From Bdellovibrionota bacterium (GTDB taxonomy: Bacteria > Bdellovibrionota > UBA1018 > CAIPTA01 > JAALKR01): a stretch of 64,000 bases of DNA. Both the position numbers and the translations under genes were made by a program. Under the pieces are notes generated by a model, which did no database searches, had not been told where the DNA came from, and saw only the letters and a program-made list of their open reading frames with translations. The stretch spans positions 1,120,001 through 1,184,000 of the forward strand of contig CBDBMJ010000001.1 in assembly GCA_965207455.1 (NCBI GenBank), given 5' to 3'. Below are positions 59,380 to 64,000 of this stretch, in pieces (position 1 is the first letter of the stretch; each line of letters opens with the position of its first letter).

Positions 59380-60919
59380 ATCCAAGAAACATGCCGTGCT
59401 GGTAACCTAAGAGAGGCAGTTTTCAGAGTTAGGGACTATAAACGTAATGGCTGCCTTTCTTATTTTTATGTACTTACCAAGCCATACCAGGTGGATTATA
59501 TTATAGACAATGATTTAGTTCACAAAGACTTTATCAGTAAAGTGGTTGATTTCAAAAACCAACATATAGATGAAGTTGGAAAAAATATTAGTACAGTATA
59601 TGTTCCAGAGAAAGGTACCTATACTCCCCACTAGAGCCTTATGCTCAATAGTAACCTTCAGCACAAGGGCTAGAGCACTCCTCTATCCTTGGGAACTGTA
59701 GCATACATAATACCTATGGGTCGAATAGCTCTTGAGTAAAAAAATCCAGCTTTATCAAATACTTTAATAAAAACAGTAATTTAAGTTTTTGACATGGTAG
59801 ACAAAATAATTCTTGACTCTCAGCCCGTCCTGGCGCATTATGCACTTACTGACTTGCTGCATGGTGCGACTGGTCATTGGAAATATTAACAACATATGAA
59901 AGGAAATTTTAAAATGAAAAAACAAAACGTAATAATAACAACACTAGCAATGGCACTTGGACTTGCCATAGCGTTACCAGGATATTCTGTGTCTGAACCT
60001 AACGAACCAATGTTCTACTCGGAACCATTTAGCCCTATAGATATGATAGGTGGTAAAGAAGTCGAGAACTGGCTAAATGAAAGATATGCCAGTGTTGGGC
60101 TTACTGGAGAGAAGAGAGATAAAACTTTTCGTACTGACACTTTAGATGAAATAGATTTTGTCTTGGCAGGATTAGATTGGCTTATTGGAGAAGTGAACAT
60201 GGAATTATTCAATGAAAAATTGACTCCAGAGCAAAAGAAAAATTTTCATCAACTAAGAACATTCATCAATTCTCGTAGAGTAGAGGTTCTTAAGAAAAAA
60301 GTGGAAATACTTCTTTAATGATCTTACAGAATAATCGGGTTACGGCTGGTACAGTCGCTAACGTCAGATGAGTGTTTGGCGTCAACCGATAAGTATTTAT
60401 TTACTCTGAATACAGGAAAGCCTTCTTTAGAAATGAAGAGGGCTTTTTTCCATCTTTTTTCTAACTACAAAGCGGACCACAGGGAAGCCCACTGTACATC
60501 CTTAATATGCTCTGCCCTCGTCAAGAGCATCAATAGACGGTCGAAACCCAAAGCAATGCCGCTACACTTGGGTAGACCAAATTCCAGCGCTTTTAAAAAA
60601 TCCTCATCTATGGGATAGCGAAAACCATAAAGCTTCTCCTTTAAGTCCATATCGGACTCAAAGCGCTCTCTCTGTTCCTGAACATCGGTGAGCTCGCTAA
60701 AGGCATTGGCTAACTCCAAGCCATTGATATATATTTCAAATCGCTCTGCCACCGTAGCATCCGTTTCTTTTTTTCGAGATAGGGCTGCCATGGAAGCAGG
60801 GTATTCATACAGAATCGTTGGAGCACCTATTCCAAGCTTGGGCTCAATTCTGTCTAAAAAAATACGAAAGAAAATATCTTCCCATCGATCATCCTCCTTA
60901 AACGATATACCAATTTTTT
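59380..60919. repeat. Right long direct repeat flanking the IS (1540 bp)
   Basis: Copy of 55928-57503, starting at the first base after the IR. Confidence 0.95.
59914..60318 (+). CDS. Secreted hypothetical protein, paralog C
   Basis: Copy of paralog B with a 12 aa in-frame deletion and a V>R change. Confidence 0.8.
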   Translation: MKKQNVIITTLAMALGLAIALPGYSVSEPNEPMFYSEPFSPIDMIGGKEVENWLNERYASVGLTGEKRDKTFRTDTLDEIDFVLAGLDWLIGEVNMELFNEKLTPEQKKNFHQLRTFINSRRVEVLKKKVEILL

Positions 60920-61523
60920 TTGCCTCTTCCCCCAATACCTTAGGATTGTTAGGACTCTCCAAATTTAAATTTACCTCAGCATAACGGAAGAAAGCATCTT
61001 TTACTGTAATCCTTTCCCAGTCTTTATGGGGGTCGCAACTTTTCCCTGCCCAGTGATACTTTCCATCTTTGCTAAGCACGGAAACTCTACGCAAGAGCTG
61101 CTCGCAGTCTTCCATAATTTTTGTATAGTCCACGCCTGTCCTATACCACTCCAAAAGAAGAAACTCAGAGCGATGGGTGGAGGACTCCTCCCTATTCCGA
61201 AAAACAGTGGCCAATTGAAAAATCTTTTCCATTCCTCCCACTAAAATCTTCTTCATGGCAAACTCAGGAGAGGTATGTAAATGAACAGTGGCGCGTTTTT
61301 CACCTGCCTGATCCTCAAGTTGGGTGGTAAATGCCATAAGGTGGGGCTCCAATCCAGGAGAGCGCTGCAAAATCGGCGTGTCCACAGGAGAAAATTCCTT
61401 TTCCATAAAAAAAGCAACAATTTCTTCTTTGAGTTGCTGACGAATTTTTAAAATAGGCTTTTTCTTCTCCAATGTCTTGGGATGCCACCACGGATTTTCA
61501 TATTCTTTCATGTCGATTTTCAT
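60465..61523 (-). CDS. epmA: EF-P lysine aminoacylase EpmA (GenX/PoxA)
   Basis: LHTSPEFAMKK, FRNRE, LEWYR, ERFE..GLELANAF.EL, GIALGFDRL; no anticodon-binding domain. Confidence 0.94.
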   Translation of the reverse strand: MKIDMKEYENPWWHPKTLEKKKPILKIRQQLKEEIVAFFMEKEFSPVDTPILQRSPGLEPHLMAFTTQLEDQAGEKRATVHLHTSPEFAMKKILVGGMEKIFQLATVFRNREESSTHRSEFLLLEWYRTGVDYTKIMEDCEQLLRRVSVLSKDGKYHWAGKSCDPHKDWERITVKDAFFRYAEVNLNLESPNNPKVLGEEAKKIGISFKEDDRWEDIFFRIFLDRIEPKLGIGAPTILYEYPASMAALSRKKETDATVAERFEIYINGLELANAFSELTDVQEQRERFESDMDLKEKLYGFRYPIDEDFLKALEFGLPKCSGIALGFDRLLMLLTRAEHIKDVQWASLWSAL

Positions 61524-61579
61524 ATTGACCCCTAACAACTCTTGTACATAGAAACAGAAATATATACAATAAATATTCT

Positions 61580-62701
61580 ATGGACAATTTATCCCATTGC
61601 CTCGTTGGTTTTGCCATTGCCGAAGCTGCGAGCAATGGCAAAAAGCCACGCCATAAGATTCCCCTATACCTTGCCTCCGCACTGGCTAATAATATTCCTG
61701 ACCTAGACATCCTCTATGGAAACCTAATTACCTCAGGAAAATTAGGCTATCTATTGCACCATCGAGGATATACCCACACCTTGCTGGCTTGTCTTCCCCA
61801 AAGTGCTCTCATCCTTTTGCTCTTCTTCCTCTATGGACGATGGAGAAAAATTCCCTGGACTCCTAAGGAATGGAAATCACTTGTACTGGTGAGTGTATTA
61901 GGTCCCTTGGTACATATTTTCATGGACTGGCTCAATAGCTATGGAGTGCACCCGCTGTGGCCGTGGAATAATGGGTGGTATTACCTCGATTCTATTTTTA
62001 TTATAGAACCTTTCTTTTGGATTTGTATTGTACCCGCTCTATTCCTAGCCACGAAAGATGTAAAAGGAAAATGTTTTTTTGCCACCATCATTGCCCTAAG
62101 CCTATACCTAGTGGCTAAGTTTGCTCCTATACCAATATTGGGATTTTATCTATTTACCACCGTAGTGGTCTTTGGGCTAAGCTATTGGAAACGATGGCTA
62201 AGTTCTTGGTTAGGGCTTTCCCTTATCCTAGTGTTTAGCCTGAGCATGGTAGTTTGCACCCAACATATTCACCAAACTATTATGGACCGTATGAAAAATA
62301 AAAATGGAAACTATACTATTGCTCTTTCACCCATACCAGGTAATTTTTTAAAACGAAGGGTAATTATTGTATCCAGTGAACCTCAAAAAAACACCTATAC
62401 CATAGAACAAGGAAGCTATGACCTGTGGAACGCACGCCTGAAAATAACGAATGTACTAGAAAGAAAACTTAGTCAACTCCAAGACCTATATGAAAACCAT
62501 TGTATTTTTTCTGCCTACCTTCGATTTGCTCGTGCTCCCATCTGGGATAGAAAAATAACTGAACTGCATATGAGGGATATGCGCTTTCCTCCACGAGGTG
62601 GCCCTGGATTTGCCTCGATCCAAGCTCCCATCAAGCCCAAGAAATGCCCCAGCAATGTACCTCCATGGCTACCTCCCATAGAAAGTATCATTAACAACTA
62701 A
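61580..62701 (+). CDS. Inner-membrane metal-dependent hydrolase (YdjM-like)
   Basis: MDNLSH, PDLD, HHRGYTH, HIFMDWLNSYG. Confidence 0.85.
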   Translation: MDNLSHCLVGFAIAEAASNGKKPRHKIPLYLASALANNIPDLDILYGNLITSGKLGYLLHHRGYTHTLLACLPQSALILLLFFLYGRWRKIPWTPKEWKSLVLVSVLGPLVHIFMDWLNSYGVHPLWPWNNGWYYLDSIFIIEPFFWICIVPALFLATKDVKGKCFFATIIALSLYLVAKFAPIPILGFYLFTTVVVFGLSYWKRWLSSWLGLSLILVFSLSMVVCTQHIHQTIMDRMKNKNGNYTIALSPIPGNFLKRRVIIVSSEPQKNTYTIEQGSYDLWNARLKITNVLERKLSQLQDLYENHCIFSAYLRFARAPIWDRKITELHMRDMRFPPRGGPGFASIQAPIKPKKCPSNVPPWLPPIESIINN

Positions 62702-62702
62702 A

Positions 62703-62960
62703 TTAATTGATGGGGAAGTAATATAAATTACCTCCTCCCTGAAACACAGTGTCTGGTAATTTCCAAGAACCTGAAAAATCCTCTAGGTACGGTTTTACAA
62801 CAAGAAGTACTATAGAGAGAATAACAGCAAGTACCAGTATGTATTCCACTACACCTTGCCCATTTTGCTTTTGAAAGGGACTAGAAAACCCGTTTGTAAA
62901 TTTCGTCCACAAACTGCAAACCACGACCTTTGGAGAATTCTTTGCGAATTTGTTGTTCAT
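62703..62960 (-). CDS. Flp/Tad-type pilin-like protein (class III signal); start uncertain
   Basis: GQGVVEYILVLAVILSIV prepilin motif. Confidence 0.65.
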   Translation of the reverse strand: MNNKFAKNSPKVVVCSLWTKFTNGFSSPFQKQNGQGVVEYILVLAVILSIVLLVVKPYLEDFSGSWKLPDTVFQGGGNLYYFPIN

Positions 62961-64000
62961 TTAAATATTTTAACGCAACTTGATCATTACACAAGCGATC
63001 TTCTAGGCGCTCACCTTTTGCCCAAGCCTCTGATGCATTTTTTTGCACCAAACGATAGGCTTTGTCTCTGGGTAAGCCCGCTCGAACAAAAGCAAGTAAA
63101 ACAGCACCCGACCATACCAGCCCCCGTGTATAATCCAAATTTTCCTGGATACGATTTTTGTTTATTTGCAGGTCATCCACTAAACGTCGCATACGAACCA
63201 GCATATAATGGGTAAGGATGGAGGCATCTGGCGCAATTACTCTTTCCACAGAAGAGTGACTAATGTCTCGCTCATGCCATAGGGCTATATTTTCCAAAGC
63301 AGTGTGGGACCAAGAACGCAACAAGCGAGCACAACCAGTAAGGTTTTCCGCAGAAATTGGATTTTTTTTATGTGGCATCGCTGAACTTCCCTTTTGTTTT
63401 TTGGAAAAGCCCTCCTCCACTTCACCCACTTCTGTACGTTGTAAGTGACGAAACTCCACAGCCATTCTTTCCATGCAAGCACCCAACAAAGCTAAAGCCT
63501 GAAATAGTTCTCCATGGCGATCCCTGGGAATTACTTGGGTGGAAACAGGCTCCACCCCTAATTTTAAAATACGGCATGCCTCTTTCTCAATTTTAGGAGA
63601 AAGGGTGCCGTAAGCTCCCACTGCTCCAGAAAACATGCCCACACTAATGGTTTTTTTTGCTTGCTCTAAGCGCCTTCGATTGCGTTCCAACTCCTCATAG
63701 TGGGAAAGAAAACGCAAACCAAAGGCCAATGGCTCTGCATGAATTCCATGGGACCTGCCAACAGCTAAGATTTTTTTTGTCTTATTGGCTAGCTTCTTCA
63801 CTGAACTCTGTAAACGAGCCAGCTCTTTTAAAATTAAAGAAAGTCCATCCCGGAGCTGAAGCGCTAGAGCTGTATCCAGTACGTCGGAAGAAGTAAGACC
63901 GTAATGAAAATAAAATGCGTCCTTGCCCACTTGTTCCTCAATGGACATGGTGAAGGCTATAATATCGTGCTTTACCTCCAGTTCATGTTTCTGCACACTC
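62881..64000 (-). CDS. purB: Adenylosuccinate lyase, 5' end outside the window
   Basis: HYGLTSSD, GRSHGIHAEP, GSSAMPHKKNP, HERDISHSSVER. Confidence 0.97.
   Translation of the reverse strand, partial: SVQKHELEVKHDIIAFTMSIEEQVGKDAFYFHYGLTSSDVLDTALALQLRDGLSLILKELARLQSSVKKLANKTKKILAVGRSHGIHAEPLAFGLRFLSHYEELERNRRRLEQAKKTISVGMFSGAVGAYGTLSPKIEKEACRILKLGVEPVSTQVIPRDRHGELFQALALLGACMERMAVEFRHLQRTEVGEVEEGFSKKQKGSSAMPHKKNPISAENLTGCARLLRSWSHTALENIALWHERDISHSSVERVIAPDASILTHYMLVRMRRLVDDLQINKNRIQENLDYTRGLVWSGAVLLAFVRAGLPRDKAYRLVQKNASEAWAKGERLEDRLCNDQVALKYLNEQQIRKEFSKGRGLQFVDEIYKRVF

Overview
About 40% GC bacterial chromosome segment, most consistent with a Bdellovibrionota/Oligoflexia-like organism (inferred from TIGR02147-like proteins, an FHA-GGDEF cyclase, and GYF_2 and PilZ proteins). 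The core backbone is kdsB-pyrG-kdsA-kdsC-lptC/A-lptB-rpoN-hpf, scattered competence genes (comF, dprA, comEC, comM), groES/EL, sppA, lipA-E2-lpdA-lipB-sfsA, a glutamate dehydrogenase gene, trxB, epmA and purB. AT-rich accessory patches encode secreted proteins. The most unusual signals are: (1) an IS1634-family element between ~1.55 kb direct repeats, plus element-free tandem duplications (211 bp, 1911 bp) and copied fragments of neighbouring core genes (cpoB-like, sfsA, epmA), all next to accessory genes; (2) a 25-27 bp DNA palindrome at the same codon position in two divergent rhuM-family genes, with four compensatory base-pair changes and a third free-standing copy; (3) a catalytically dead subtilase lipoprotein, an active subtilase with four unrecognised N-terminal repeats, and a histone H1-like protein. 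No CRISPR array, rRNA or tRNA was seen. All family calls are by motif recognition, not database search.
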